64,000 nt of DNA from Clostridia bacterium (GCA_041662985.1 JBAZRJ010000001.1:4667-68666), one strand, 5' to 3'. Counted from the first letter of the stretch, positions 1 to 10,291 are shown. Numbers and translations are program-made. The notes: generated from the sequence alone by a model not told the origin.

Positions 1-57
1 AATACATTAAAAATTATAGAAAAAGATATTTCAGATATTATCAGTGAAATACAATGA
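1..57 (+). CDS. 3' end of an upstream ORF cut by the window edge (position where a ylxM-like UPF0122 gene usually precedes ffh)
   Basis: Frame 1 is open from base 1 to TGA at 55-57 (NTLKIIEKDISDIISEIQ*). Only 18 codons are visible, so identity rests on Firmicute ylxM-ffh synteny, not on sequence. Confidence 0.25.
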   Translation, partial: NTLKIIEKDISDIISEIQ

Positions 58-126
58 TTATTTAATGTGATGATTATAGTAAAATGAAGAGAATATTTTA
101 TGACTCATCACATCCGGAGGATATAG

Positions 127-1476
127 ATGGCTTTATTTGAAGGTTTATCGGGAAAACTTCAGGAAACATTAAGAAAAATAAGAAGTCAGGGAAGAGTCTC
201 TGAAAAAGATGTTACAGACATGATGAGACAGATAAAACTGGCACTCCTTGAGGCGGATGTGAATTTTAAAGTCGTAAAGGATTTTATAAAAAAAGTTTCT
301 GAGAGAGCCGTTGGACAGGATGTAATGGAGAGTCTCACACCCGGACAGCAGGTTATAAAGATAGTTCATGAAGAACTTGTAAATTTGATGGGCAATGAGC
401 AAAGCAAAGCCACTTTTTCATCAAATCCTCCTACTGTTTATATGATGGTTGGATTACAGGGTTCCGGAAAAACCACAACTGCCGGAAAGCTTGCAAATCT
501 TTTGAGAAAACAAGGCAAGAAACCTTTATTGGTTGCCTGTGATATTTACAGACCGGCAGCTATAAATCAATTGAAGATTGTTGGACAGCAGCTTGATATT
601 CCCGTATTTGAAATGGGCGATAAGACAAAACCTTCGGATATAGCCGGTGCAGGTATTAAACATGCTACTAAAATGCTGAACGACCTTGTTATAATCGATA
701 CTGCGGGCAGACTTCACATTGACGATGTTTTAATGGATGAACTTGCAAACATTAAAAAAACAATCAGACCGACCGAAATTTTGCTTGTGGTAGACTCGAT
801 GACGGGACAGGACGCCGTTAATGTAGCCGAAAGCTTTGATCAAAAGCTGGGAATCGATGGTGTGATTTTAACTAAGTTAGATGGAGATACAAGAGGCGGA
901 GCAGCACTTTCAGTAAGAGCTGTTACCGGTAAGCCGATTAAATTTGCAGGAATCGGCGAGAAAATGAATGACATAGAACCCTTTTATCCGGACAGAATGG
1001 CATCAAGAATACTGGGTATGGGCGATGTCATGAGTCTTATAGAAAAAGCACAGGAATCATTTGACGAAAAACAGGCATTTGAACTTGAAAGAAAAATGAG
1101 AACTCAGCAATTTACTTTCGATGATTATCTGGATCAGATTAAGCAGGTTAAAAAAATGGGTTCAATATCAGAAGTGATGAATATGCTGCCGGGTATTAAC
1201 AATAAAGCGGTTCAGAACATCGATCCCGTTGAAAGCGAAAAGAAGATGGCGAAAACCGAGGCAATAATCAATTCAATGAATAAAAAAGAAAGAGCTGAAC
1301 CTTCAATAATAAATGCGAGCAGAAGAAGAAGAATTTCAGAAGGAAGCGGAACTTCGGTTCAGGATGTAAACAGGTTGCTTAAGGAATTTGAAGAAATGAA
1401 AAGAATGTTTAAAATGATGGGTGACATGGGAAAACGCGGCAACAAAGGTTTTGGAAAATTTAAAATGCCGTTTTAA
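127..1476 (+). CDS. ffh: signal recognition particle protein Ffh (SRP54-type GTPase)
   Basis: 449 aa with GLQGSGKTTT P-loop, DTAGR and TKLDGD GTPase motifs and a Met-rich C-terminal M domain. GGAGG lies just upstream of the ATG. Confidence 0.97.
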   Translation: MALFEGLSGKLQETLRKIRSQGRVSEKDVTDMMRQIKLALLEADVNFKVVKDFIKKVSERAVGQDVMESLTPGQQVIKIVHEELVNLMGNEQSKATFSSNPPTVYMMVGLQGSGKTTTAGKLANLLRKQGKKPLLVACDIYRPAAINQLKIVGQQLDIPVFEMGDKTKPSDIAGAGIKHATKMLNDLVIIDTAGRLHIDDVLMDELANIKKTIRPTEILLVVDSMTGQDAVNVAESFDQKLGIDGVILTKLDGDTRGGAALSVRAVTGKPIKFAGIGEKMNDIEPFYPDRMASRILGMGDVMSLIEKAQESFDEKQAFELERKMRTQQFTFDDYLDQIKQVKKMGSISEVMNMLPGINNKAVQNIDPVESEKKMAKTEAIINSMNKKERAEPSIINASRRRRISEGSGTSVQDVNRLLKEFEEMKRMFKMMGDMGKRGNKGFGKFKMPF

Positions 1477-1511
1477 TATAAATAAGTGAATTCCGGGAAA
1501 GGGGTGAAAAG

Positions 1512-1757
1512 ATGGCTGTTAAAATAAGATTAAAAAGAATTGGTGCAAAAAAGGCTCCGTTTTACAGAGTAGTTGTAGCTGATTCAAGATATCCTCGCGA
1601 TGGAAGATTTATCGAGGAAATAGGAACATATAATCCATTAACCGATCCCGCCGAAGTAAAAATCGACGGCGAAAAAGCACTGGAATGGATTAAAAAAGGT
1701 GCACAACCTACTGATACCGTAAAAGCTCTTATGAAAAAAACGGGAATATTACAATAG
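1512..1757 (+). CDS. rpsP: 30S ribosomal protein S16
   Basis: [26 protein letters not shown] is a canonical S16 N-terminus. RBS GGGGTG; conserved position after ffh. Confidence 0.97.
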   Translation: MAVKIRLKRIGAKKAPFYRVVVADSRYPRDGRFIEEIGTYNPLTDPAEVKIDGEKALEWIKKGAQPTDTVKALMKKTGILQ

Positions 1758-1786
1758 GTTAAGTTATTTTAAACGGGGGTAAAAAC

Positions 1787-2017
1787 ATGAAAGAACTTCT
1801 CGAAATAATTGCAAAAGCGCTTGTTGATTATCCTGACGAAGTGTTGGTGAATGAAATTGACGGAGATAAGACTTTCATTCTTGAATTGAAAGTATCTAAA
1901 GATGACATGGGTAAAGTGATCGGCAAGCAGGGTAAAATTGCAAGGGCAATCAGAACTGTGGTTAAAGCTGCTGCAATTAAAGAAAATAAAAGAGTGATAA
2001 TAGAAATAGTACAGTAA
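1787..2017 (+). CDS. khpA: KH-domain RNA-binding protein (KhpA/YlqC family)
   Basis: 76 aa with a GKVIGKQGKIARAIR GxxG KH loop. Sits in the conserved rpsP-KH-rimM position. Confidence 0.9.
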   Translation: MKELLEIIAKALVDYPDEVLVNEIDGDKTFILELKVSKDDMGKVIGKQGKIARAIRTVVKAAAIKENKRVIIEIVQ

Positions 2018-2127
2018 GAAAAACCGGCGAAAACAAAAGGGGCATTTTGAGTACTGAAGTTATCTGCATTCATAATGTTCCCGAATGTTCGCCATTTTTC
2101 ATAATGAAAGGCAGGCATCTACCGCTT

Positions 2128-2634
2128 ATGGAAAATTTTCTTGAGATAGGTAAAATTGTTAATACACGCGGCATTAAAGGAGAATTAAAAATTATTCCTT
2201 TAACTGACGAGCCTACAAGGTTTTCGAAATTAAAACATTTAAATATTCAAATTAAAGATGAATTGATAAAGAAAGAAATTGAATATGTTAAATACTATAA
2301 AAATGATATTTATGTAAAGTTAAAAGAAATAAATAATTTAGATTCTGCGGAAAAATTGAAGGAACATTTTATTCTTATTGAACGGGAAAATGCTATCAAA
2401 CTTCCAAAAGGATCATATTTTATTTGTGATTTGGTTGGCAGCGAAGTTTTTGAAAATGATGTCAAAATCGGTGAGCTTGTCAATATAGTGCCCACCGGGA
2501 GCAATGATGTCTACATCGTCAGAAATGAAAATAAAAAGGACATATTAATTCCTGCTTTAAAAAGCGTGGTAAAGAATATATCCGTTGAAAATAAAAGGAT
2601 TGACGTAGAAATGCCGAAAGGACTTGAATTGTAA
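2128..2634 (+). CDS. rimM: 16S rRNA processing protein RimM
   Basis: Family-like sequence begins at MENFLEIGKIVNTRGIKGELKI (ATG 2128). The ORF-track start at 2047 is an unlikely upstream extension. Position before trmD is conserved. Confidence 0.9.
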   Translation: MENFLEIGKIVNTRGIKGELKIIPLTDEPTRFSKLKHLNIQIKDELIKKEIEYVKYYKNDIYVKLKEINNLDSAEKLKEHFILIERENAIKLPKGSYFICDLVGSEVFENDVKIGELVNIVPTGSNDVYIVRNENKKDILIPALKSVVKNISVENKRIDVEMPKGLEL

Positions 2635-3336
2635 ATGAGATTTGATATTTTAACCCTGTTTCCGGAATGCTTTAATGCAATTCTTGGAGAAAGTATAATT
2701 GGCAGGGCACAGGAAAAAGGTTTGATTGAAATTAACACAATTAACATCCGCGATTTTTCAACAGATAGCCATAAAAATGTTGATGATTATCCTTATGGCG
2801 GCGGAAGCGGTATGGTTATGATGGTGCAACCCGTTATTGATGCATATAATTCAATCATTGAAAAGCTAGATTATAAACCGCATGTAATTTATTTAACACC
2901 ACAGGGCAAGGTTTTTAATCAGCAGAAGGCAATAATGCTCAAAGATGAAAAACATATTGTGTTATTGTGCGGACATTATGAGGGGATAGATGAAAGAATA
3001 ATCGAAATGATTGTAGATTCTGAAATTTCAATGGGCGATTATGTTCTGACCGGAGGAGAAATACCGGCGATGGCTTTAGTTGACTGCATCAGCAGAATGA
3101 TTCCGGGGGTGCTTTCAGAAGAAGAATGCTACATAAATGAATCTTTGTACAATGGGTTGCTTGAATATCCTCAGTATACAAGGCCACAGGCGTATAAAGG
3201 GTTGGGAGTTCCGGAAATTCTTTTATCCGGACACCATGAAAACATAAGAAAATGGAGATTGGAAGAATCCTTAAAAAGGACTGAAAAAAAACGTCCGGAC
3301 CTATATGAAAAACATAAATCAAAGGGTGCGGATTGA
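2635..3336 (+). CDS. trmD: tRNA (guanine37-N1)-methyltransferase TrmD
   Basis: MRFDILTLFPE N-terminus and GHYEGIDERI motif. The start abuts the rimM stop. Confidence 0.97.
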   Translation: MRFDILTLFPECFNAILGESIIGRAQEKGLIEINTINIRDFSTDSHKNVDDYPYGGGSGMVMMVQPVIDAYNSIIEKLDYKPHVIYLTPQGKVFNQQKAIMLKDEKHIVLLCGHYEGIDERIIEMIVDSEISMGDYVLTGGEIPAMALVDCISRMIPGVLSEEECYINESLYNGLLEYPQYTRPQAYKGLGVPEILLSGHHENIRKWRLEESLKRTEKKRPDLYEKHKSKGAD

Positions 3337-3339
3337 CGC

Positions 3340-3368
3340 TTTACAATAATATAACCCTATGATATAAT
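3340..3368 (+). promoter_or_regulatory. sigma-A-type promoter for rplS, followed by a ~75-nt 5' UTR (possible L19 autoregulatory leader, unverified)
   Basis: TTTACA (3340-3345), 17-bp spacer, TGA-TATAAT (-10 at 3363-3368), starting just after the trmD stop codon. Whether the leader is an L19 leader cannot be confirmed by eye. Confidence 0.5.
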
Positions 3369-3442
3369 TCATTGCGTACGAAATTTTGGGCGGTCCGCTG
3401 CATAAAGAGGCATGAACGTCTTCGAAAAACCGGGAGGAAGAA

Positions 3443-3799
3443 ATGGATATTATTAAATCGATCGAACAAGAACAATTAAAAGAAAATTCACCCCAAATAA
3501 GCATAGGTGATTATCTGAAAGTTTTTGTTAAAGTAACAGAGGGAACAAGGGAAAGACTTCAGGCATTTGAGGGAACTGTAATAGCAATAAGGGGTTCGGG
3601 GGTAAGGGAATCTTTTACCGTAAGAAGAATTTCATATGGGGTAGGTGTTGAGAGAATATTCCCGACACACTCACCGAAAGTTGACCATGTTGAAATTATT
3701 AGAAAAGGAAGAATCAGAAGAGCCAAATTATATTATCTGAGAGACCGCGTAGGTAAAGCGGCTAAAGTCAAAGAAAAACTCGTTTCAAAAGGAAAGTAA
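3443..3799 (+). CDS. rplS: 50S ribosomal protein L19
   Basis: 118 aa. [16 protein letters not shown] and [17 protein letters not shown] are typical L19 sequences. GGGAGG RBS. Confidence 0.97.
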   Translation: MDIIKSIEQEQLKENSPQISIGDYLKVFVKVTEGTRERLQAFEGTVIAIRGSGVRESFTVRRISYGVGVERIFPTHSPKVDHVEIIRKGRIRRAKLYYLRDRVGKAAKVKEKLVSKGK

Positions 3800-3806
3800 T
3801 ATAAAC

Positions 3807-3832
3807 AGGGACTATAAAGTCCCTTTTATTTT
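3807..3832 (+). terminator. rho-independent terminator after rplS
   Basis: AGGGACT (3807-3813), loop ATAA, AGTCCCT (3818-3824), followed by TTTTATTTT. Confidence 0.8.
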
Positions 3833-3863
3833 ATTGATTAAATTACTACGAATAGGTGAGAAT

Positions 3864-4571
3864 ATGGATGAGTTTGAAGAATTCGACGATTTCGATAAAT
3901 CTGATTCAGAAGAAAAAGAAGAAATATCAAACAAACAACGAAGAAGAAAAGAATTAAGAAAGGATATACTTCAATGGGTTAATGCGATTCTGATCGCTTT
4001 ACTTGTTGCATATCTGCTTAAGGCATTTGTCTTTGAACGTGCCCAGGTTGATGGACATTCGATGGATAATACACTTCAGGACAAGCAGACACTAATTGAG
4101 TATAAACTGGGCGTTCTTTTCAGTGCTCCAAGCAGAGGAGACATAGTAGTAGTTGAGCTTAATAGCGGTAATTACAGTAAATATCTTCCGATAATTGATA
4201 ACGATCCGAATAATCCCGAAGTTGATTTAATTAAGAGAGTAATAGGACTTCCGGGAGAAACTGTGGATATCAAAGGCGGCTTTGTTTATGTTACAAATGA
4301 AAAAGGAACAGCAAAGCTAATCGAACCATACGTTCAAGGAACTACTGAGAAAACGACGAGTGCATTAAACATAAAATATCCGTATAAAGTCCCAAACGAC
4401 TCGATATTTGTTATGGGTGACAATAGAAATATAAGCGAGGACAGCAGATTTTTCGGCGCGTTTAAAATCAGCGCAGTAAGAGGGGTCGCTGTATTCAGGA
4501 TTTCACCGTTTAAAGATTTTGGTGCTCTCGATAAATCAGGTAAGGTGTCATTGGAGTATCAGCCGAAATAA
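3864..4571 (+). CDS. lepB: signal peptidase I
   Basis: N-terminal TM helix, SMDNTL catalytic Ser box, KRVIGLPGE, GDNRNISEDSR. ATG 3864 has an AGGTGAG RBS, whereas the track start at 3834 is a TTG. Confidence 0.9.
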   Translation: MDEFEEFDDFDKSDSEEKEEISNKQRRRKELRKDILQWVNAILIALLVAYLLKAFVFERAQVDGHSMDNTLQDKQTLIEYKLGVLFSAPSRGDIVVVELNSGNYSKYLPIIDNDPNNPEVDLIKRVIGLPGETVDIKGGFVYVTNEKGTAKLIEPYVQGTTEKTTSALNIKYPYKVPNDSIFVMGDNRNISEDSRFFGAFKISAVRGVAVFRISPFKDFGALDKSGKVSLEYQPK

Positions 4572-4641
4572 CATAAAATTGACGAAGCGATAAATAAAAG
4601 ATTCATCAAGACATCCTAAAAAGTAAAATAAGGAGACTATA

Positions 4642-5502
4642 ATGAACATTCAGTGGTTTCCCGGACATATGGCTCGGACGATTAGAATATTGTCAGAAAA
4701 TCTAAAATTGGTTGATGTTGTAATTGAGCTGCTTGATGCAAGAATTCCATCCAGCAGTAAAAATCCAGACATTGATAAAATCACAAACAACAAGAAAAAA
4801 ATAATTGTATTAAATAAAAGCGATTTGGCAGATGATGCCTTGTCGGTCGAGTGGAGCAGATGGTACCGAAAACAAGGGTACGAATGTATTTTTGTCGATT
4901 CCATAAGCGGAAAAGGAATAAATGAATTAAAAGTTAAATTACGGGAAATGATGAAGGAAAAGCTTGAAAGAGAAAAAAGCAAAGGCAGAATATTTACACC
5001 AATCAGAACCATGGTTGTCGGGGTGCCAAATGTAGGGAAATCATCTTTCATTAACAGAATATCGGGAAGAGCTATTGCTGCAACCGGAGACAAACCGGGG
5101 GTTACGAGAAGCAAACTGTGGATTAAGATTAATCGTGAAATTGAACTTATGGATACGCCGGGAATACTTTGGCCAAAATTCGACGATCCTGTTGTCGGTC
5201 AGAAGCTTGCTTACACCGGAGCTATTAAGGATGATATTATGGATACAGTCGAATTAGCGTCATCGCTTCTTGAATTTTTCAAATCAAATTATCCTGATAG
5301 AATTATTGAAAGATACAAATTGACACCGCTTGAAAATAAAGATGGCGAGGAGATACTTCTTGAAGCAGGTAAAAACAGAGGCTGCATCATTTCTGGCGGA
5401 GAGATAAACCAGTCAAGGATATCTGCAATTATCCTTGATGAATTTAGGGGTGGAAAACTTGGAAAAATCACTTTGGAATCACCAAAAAATCAGCAAAAGT
5501 GA
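4642..5502 (+). CDS. rbgA: ribosome biogenesis GTPase A (YlqF/RbgA)
   Basis: Circularly permuted GTPase: NKSDL (G4) precedes GVPNVGKSS (G1) and DTPG (G3). AAGGAG RBS. Confidence 0.93.
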   Translation: MNIQWFPGHMARTIRILSENLKLVDVVIELLDARIPSSSKNPDIDKITNNKKKIIVLNKSDLADDALSVEWSRWYRKQGYECIFVDSISGKGINELKVKLREMMKEKLEREKSKGRIFTPIRTMVVGVPNVGKSSFINRISGRAIAATGDKPGVTRSKLWIKINREIELMDTPGILWPKFDDPVVGQKLAYTGAIKDDIMDTVELASSLLEFFKSNYPDRIIERYKLTPLENKDGEEILLEAGKNRGCIISGGEINQSRISAIILDEFRGGKLGKITLESPKNQQK

Positions 5503-5527
5503 AAAAGAACAATTAAAATTACATGAA

Positions 5528-6118
5528 ATGAGCAGCTTTGAGCGTGAAGCAAGAGAAATGGGATTTGCCAATATTGCGGGGATAGACGAGGTAGGGAGGG
5601 GACCGTTAGCCGGTCCTGTGGTTACAGCCTGTGTTATATTACCCGAAGATATAAATATTCTTGGAATCGACGACTCAAAAAAATTAAGCGCGAAAAAGAG
5701 AGAACGATTATTTGACGAAATTCAAGAATCTGCAATTTCTATTGCAATCGGAATAATCGATGAAAAAGTCATAGATGAAATCAACATATTAAATGCAACA
5801 AAAACTGCAATGAAATCGGCCGTAGCTAAAATGTCCAAAACGCCTGATATTTTATTGATTGATGCCGTAAAATTAGAAGATCTGGAAATCAAACAGATCT
5901 CAATTGAAAAGGGTGATACTTTAAGTGTATCAATTGCAGCCGCATCTATAATTGCAAAGGTTACCCGTGACAGAATGATGGACGAGATGGACTCCATATA
6001 CCCCGAATACGGATTTATAAGAAATAAAGGATATGGGACAAAGGAACATATCGAAGCAATTAAAATGTATGGTTTATGCCCAATACACCGAATAAGTTTT
6101 ACAAGAAACTTTGTTTAA
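5528..6118 (+). CDS. rnhB: ribonuclease HII
   Basis: GIDEVGRGPLAGPVV and DDSKKL motifs. I chose ATG 5528, just after the rbgA stop. The track start at 5435 would overlap rbgA by 68 nt. The start is uncertain. Confidence 0.88.
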   Translation: MSSFEREAREMGFANIAGIDEVGRGPLAGPVVTACVILPEDINILGIDDSKKLSAKKRERLFDEIQESAISIAIGIIDEKVIDEINILNATKTAMKSAVAKMSKTPDILLIDAVKLEDLEIKQISIEKGDTLSVSIAAASIIAKVTRDRMMDEMDSIYPEYGFIRNKGYGTKEHIEAIKMYGLCPIHRISFTRNFV

Positions 6119-6141
6119 AAGCAAACCCGGAAAGAGAGATT

Positions 6142-6507
6142 ATGCAAAAGGAAAGTAATATTAGTTTTGGTAAATATGGTGAAGAATTAGCATCAGAATA
6201 TATAAAAGCGAATGGTTATTTAATAATCGAAAGAAATTTCAGAGCTGGAAAAATCGGAGAAATCGATATAATCGCAAAGAAGGATGAATTTATATGCTTT
6301 ATTGAGGTTAAAACGAGAAAAGGCACTTATTTTGGGATGCCTTCAGAGGCAGTTAATTGGAAGAAACAAACTAATATCAAAAGAGTAGCTCAAATGTTTT
6401 TAAAATTAAACAGAATGGAGGACTTTAATATCAGATTTGATATTATCGAAGTTCTGAAAAAAGAGTCCGAAACAGCTTATATTGACATTATAGAAGATGC
6501 ATTTTAG
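6142..6507 (+). CDS. yraN: YraN-family protein (UPF0102, endonuclease-like fold)
   Basis: GEIDIIA...FIEVKTR core. ATG 6142 follows AAAGAGAG. Conserved rnhB-yraN synteny. Confidence 0.85.
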   Translation: MQKESNISFGKYGEELASEYIKANGYLIIERNFRAGKIGEIDIIAKKDEFICFIEVKTRKGTYFGMPSEAVNWKKQTNIKRVAQMFLKLNRMEDFNIRFDIIEVLKKESETAYIDIIEDAF

Positions 6508-6616
6508 CTTAAATCATAATGAGACATATTAAGAAAATTCATATTTCGTTATATTGCATATTTAATAATCATATTATAGAATAAAGTAAATGAACTCATT
6601 ACCCGGAGGAAGTATA

Positions 6617-7918
6617 ATGGCATCTTTTGCATCAATGAAAATCGACGAATTGAATGTATTGGAAAATTCCCTGAATGATAGACTCGACAAATTTAAAAGA
6701 ATGAATTTAAATCTGAATATGTCAAGAGGAGTTCCTTGTACCGAACAACTCGATATTGCTTCTGATATGCTCAATTTAATTAATAAAGACAGTAGCTTCA
6801 AAGCAGAAGACGGCGTGGATTGCAGGAGTTATGGAGACCTTGCGGGAATACCCGAAGCGGTAAGACTTTTTGCCGGCATGTTTGAAGTCGGATTGAACGA
6901 AATAATTATCGGCGGGAACTCAAGTCTGAATCTTATGTATGATACAATGTTAAGAGCGATGTACTTTGAAGTTGTCGGTAGCGAAAAACCATGGTCTAAA
7001 AATGAAAAAGTAAAATTTATATGCCCTGTTCCCGGTTATGATAGGCATTTCTCGATTTGTGAGGGCTTAGGAATTGAAATGATCACAGTCGGCATGACTC
7101 CTGACGGACCCGATGTCGATGAAATCGAGAAACTTGTTGCCGATGATGACTCGATAAAAGGAATATGGTGTGTGCCAAAATACAGTAATCCTGAAGGAAT
7201 AATCTATTCCGATGAAACGGTCACACGACTTGCGGCAATGAAGACTATGGCTTCTGATTTCAGGATATTTTGGGACAACGCATACGCTTTTCACTCTCTG
7301 TCTGACGAATCAAAACAATTAAAGAATATTCTATCGGAATGTAAAAAAGCGGGAAATCCAAACAGAGTATTTATATTTGGGTCAACATCTAAAATTACTT
7401 TCGCAGGTGCCGGCGTATCGATTTTGGCTTCGAGTGAAGAAAACATCAAACTGATTAAAAAACAAATCTCAATTCAAACAATAAGTTTTGACAAAATAAA
7501 TCAATTAAGACATGTTAAATACTTAAAGAATATCGAGAATGTTAAAGATATAATGAAAAAACATGCGGCAATCATTAAACCCAAGTTTGATGCTGTTTGT
7601 GATATTTTTGAAAAGGAACTTTCGGGAAAAGAAATTGCCTCATGGATCAAGCCAAACGGCGGATATTTTATGAGTTTTAATGCTTTGGATGGATGCGCAA
7701 AGAAAATTGTTGCAATGGCAAAAGAAGCCGGAATATCAATGACCCCGGCAGGTGCAACCTATCCATACGGGAACGATCCACACGACAGAAATATAAGAAT
7801 TGCGCCAACATATCCACCTTTGGATGAACTGAAAACAGCGATTGAAGTATTTTGCATCTGCGTTCAGATTGTAAGTATATGGAAACACAAGAAAGACAAC
7901 GGAGGTATAAAATGTTGA
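6617..7918 (+). CDS. PLP-dependent aminotransferase (class I/II fold), substrate unknown
   Basis: About 433 aa. FGSTSKITFAGAG gives the Schiff-base Lys context; YSNPEG is also present. ATG 6617 lies after GGAGG. Confidence 0.8.
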   Translation: MASFASMKIDELNVLENSLNDRLDKFKRMNLNLNMSRGVPCTEQLDIASDMLNLINKDSSFKAEDGVDCRSYGDLAGIPEAVRLFAGMFEVGLNEIIIGGNSSLNLMYDTMLRAMYFEVVGSEKPWSKNEKVKFICPVPGYDRHFSICEGLGIEMITVGMTPDGPDVDEIEKLVADDDSIKGIWCVPKYSNPEGIIYSDETVTRLAAMKTMASDFRIFWDNAYAFHSLSDESKQLKNILSECKKAGNPNRVFIFGSTSKITFAGAGVSILASSEENIKLIKKQISIQTISFDKINQLRHVKYLKNIENVKDIMKKHAAIIKPKFDAVCDIFEKELSGKEIASWIKPNGGYFMSFNALDGCAKKIVAMAKEAGISMTPAGATYPYGNDPHDRNIRIAPTYPPLDELKTAIEVFCICVQIVSIWKHKKDNGGIKC

Positions 7919-9345
7919 AAGATACTTATGAAAGTCCTTTAAACTCAAGATATGCAAGCATTGAAATGCAAGAAATATTTTCCCCGGATGAAAAATTCAA
8001 AACATGGAGAAAGCTTTGGATTGCACTTGCAGAGGCAGAAAAAGAGCTTGGTTTAAATATAACGGACAAACAAATCAATGAAATGATTAAATATAAAGAT
8101 GATATAAATTATGATATTGCGGAAAAGATGGAAAAAGAGGTCAGACATGATGTAATGGCTCATATCATGGCTTATGGAGAACAGTGCCCGGGTGCAAAAG
8201 GAATAATTCATCTTGGCGCGACTTCATGCTATGTCGGCGACAATACGGATATAATTTTAATGACAAACGCCCTTTGGCTATTGAAAAACAAGATGATTGT
8301 CTTAATGAAAGAATTATCTGCATTTGCGTTGAAATACAATAATCTTCCAACGCTCGGATTCACACATATGCAGCCCGCACAGCTTGTTACAGTGGGGAAG
8401 AGAGCATGCCTTTGGCTGCAGGACATCTTTATTGATTTTGAAGATTTGAATTATGTATTGTCAAATATGAAATTACTGGGTTCAAAAGGCACAACGGGAA
8501 CACAGGCAAGTTTCCTGAATCTGTTTGACGGAGATCACAAAAAAGTAAAGAAACTGGAAAAAATAATTGCCGGCAAAATGGGCTTTAAGGATACTTATCC
8601 GGTTTCTGGACAGACATATACAAGAAAACTCGATTCAAAAATATTGAATCTACTTAGCGGAATAGCCCAAAGTTCATATAAATTCAGCAATGATATAAGG
8701 TTGCTTCAAAGCATGAAAGAAATTGAGGAACCGTTTGAAAAATCTCAGGTTGGTTCATCGGCGATGGCTTACAAGAGGAATCCAATGAGAAGTGAAAGAA
8801 TATCGTCATTAGCGAGATATGTCATTGTGGATGCATTAAATCCGGCAATAACGGCATCAACTCAATGGTTTGAAAGGACGCTTGATGATTCCGCAAACAA
8901 AAGAATCAGCGTGCCTGAAGCTTTCCTGGCTGTTGATGCAATACTTAATCTATACATTAACATCACAAAAGGTCTTGTAGTGTATCCAAAAGTTATTGAA
9001 AAACACATTTTAAACGAATTGCCTTTTATGGCGACCGAAAATATTCTGATGGAAGCTGTAAAACTTGGAGGAGACAGGCAGGATCTTCATGAAAGAATAA
9101 GAAAGCATTCAATGGAAGCAGGCAAAAAGGTTAAGATAGAAGGACAGGAAAACGATTTAATTGAAAGGATAATCGCCGATAAGCATTTTTCTATGACGAA
9201 AAAGGATATTAAAACGGTTCTGAAACCTGAAAATTATATAGGAAGGGCACCCGAACAGGTTAAAGAGTTTGTGTCTGAGTACATTAACCCTATAATTGAG
9301 AGCAATAAATCATTACTTGATATTGACATTACATTAAAAGTTTAA
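7912..9345 (+). CDS. purB: adenylosuccinate lyase
   Basis: SPLNSRYAS N-terminus and the GSSAMAYKRNPMRSE fumarate-lyase signature. GGAGG RBS. Overlaps the upstream gene by 7 nt. Confidence 0.95.
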   Translation: MLKDTYESPLNSRYASIEMQEIFSPDEKFKTWRKLWIALAEAEKELGLNITDKQINEMIKYKDDINYDIAEKMEKEVRHDVMAHIMAYGEQCPGAKGIIHLGATSCYVGDNTDIILMTNALWLLKNKMIVLMKELSAFALKYNNLPTLGFTHMQPAQLVTVGKRACLWLQDIFIDFEDLNYVLSNMKLLGSKGTTGTQASFLNLFDGDHKKVKKLEKIIAGKMGFKDTYPVSGQTYTRKLDSKILNLLSGIAQSSYKFSNDIRLLQSMKEIEEPFEKSQVGSSAMAYKRNPMRSERISSLARYVIVDALNPAITASTQWFERTLDDSANKRISVPEAFLAVDAILNLYINITKGLVVYPKVIEKHILNELPFMATENILMEAVKLGGDRQDLHERIRKHSMEAGKKVKIEGQENDLIERIIADKHFSMTKKDIKTVLKPENYIGRAPEQVKEFVSEYINPIIESNKSLLDIDITLKV

Positions 9346-9405
9346 CTGGATATTTTAAAGGTTTTGTTCTATAATAAAAACAAGAAAAACAAGTGAAAAA
9401 ATGTT

Positions 9406-9434
9406 TTGATTTAATGTGAATTGTGTAGTATAAT
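9406..9434 (+). promoter_or_regulatory. sigma-A-type promoter upstream of the GntR-family gene
   Basis: TTGATT (9406-9411), 17-bp spacer, TATAAT (9429-9434). Leaves a ~115-nt leader. Confidence 0.45.
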
Positions 9435-9553
9435 AGGTAATGTTGTATATATGTTATGAGGTAATAACGCCATAGATTCCTACTATATCTAAAGATAATC
9501 GATTTTCTAAATGACAAAATTTAATAATATTTACTAATTGGAGGCAAAAACCC

Positions 9554-10291
9554 ATGATTAATAAGTTTAATGGCATTCCGCTTTATTCGCAACTAAAGAA
9601 CTTAATAATTAAGAAAATCGAGGATGGAGAATATGCAGAGGATGGCAAAATTCCATCTGAACAGGTTCTTTGCGAGACATATTCGATAAGCAGGCCAACT
9701 GTAAGACAGGCAATCAACGAGCTGACTAACAGCGGTTATATATATAAAGAAAAAGGGAAAGGCACGTTTGTCGCAAAGAAAAAATCAAGTATTGACATAA
9801 AGGAGTACTCAGGATTTACGGATTCTATTCTGGACAGTCAATCTCCGGGAGATAAAAACATAATAGCTATAAAGGTAATGAAAGTGTCCGACAATCCATT
9901 TCTTAAAGATTCATTTGAATCGGATTATGTTCAAAATTCTGAATTTGCAGAAATTAAATATTCAATGATGGAAAATGGAGATGTTTATTCATTAAACACA
10001 TCGTATCTGCCTTTGAATTTGTTTCCGGAAATAATTGAAGACATAAAAACGAAAAAGCCCTCGTACGACATTTTGAGAGGGAAGTATCCGCTTTTACCAA
10101 CCAGATCTAAGAGCACACTGGAAATTTCGTACACAGAGCAGGCGGACGCCGAATATCTGCAGGTTCTTCAGGGCCAGCCGTTGATCAAGATAGAAAACAT
10201 TCTTTATTCTAAGAATGGTCAGGCAGTAGAACTTATAATTTCAAAATATCGCGCTGATAAGTGCAAACTAATTTTTGAAAATAGCAAATAG
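9554..10291 (+). CDS. GntR-family transcriptional regulator, HutC-like (wHTH plus UTRA-type effector domain)
   Basis: SEQVLCETYSISRPTVRQAINELTNSGYIYKEKGKGTFV is a winged HTH. The C-terminal ~170 aa has UTRA-like length and pattern. GGAGG RBS. Confidence 0.88.
   Translation: MINKFNGIPLYSQLKNLIIKKIEDGEYAEDGKIPSEQVLCETYSISRPTVRQAINELTNSGYIYKEKGKGTFVAKKKSSIDIKEYSGFTDSILDSQSPGDKNIIAIKVMKVSDNPFLKDSFESDYVQNSEFAEIKYSMMENGDVYSLNTSYLPLNLFPEIIEDIKTKKPSYDILRGKYPLLPTRSKSTLEISYTEQADAEYLQVLQGQPLIKIENILYSKNGQAVELIISKYRADKCKLIFENSK

Noticed and set aside
2047-2127. N-terminal extensions in the ORF track (rimM 2047, lepB 3834, rnhB 5435, yraN 6076, aminotransferase 6590, purB 7852, xer 10472, iorA 32978, iorB 31249, paaK 30610, proC 62862, pdp 60831 and others)
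   Set aside because: The extensions have no RBS, and their residues are not family-like. Internal starts with good Shine-Dalgarno spacing coincide with where recognisable homology begins.
3369-3442. rplS 5' UTR as a confirmed L19 leader ncRNA
   Set aside because: The position and length are right, but I cannot verify the conserved structure by eye. It is reported only as a possibility within the promoter feature.
4650-5114. Long antisense ORFs opposite real genes: 4650-5114, 15467-15889, 31195-31596, 42089-42472, 55457-55924, 60335-60697 and many shorter ones in the track
   Set aside because: Each lies fully inside a confidently identified gene on the other strand, lacks an RBS, and has skewed low-complexity composition (S/L/F/I-rich). 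These are typical shadow ORFs.
9435-9465. AGGTAAT...ATGTT...ATGTT...AGGTAAT direct repeats with a TGTATA centre in the GntR leader, considered as a dif-like or operator site
   Set aside because: The repeats are direct, not inverted, so neither a Xer core site nor a typical GntR palindrome. Resemblance to E. coli dif is limited to the TGTATA/TATGTTA core.
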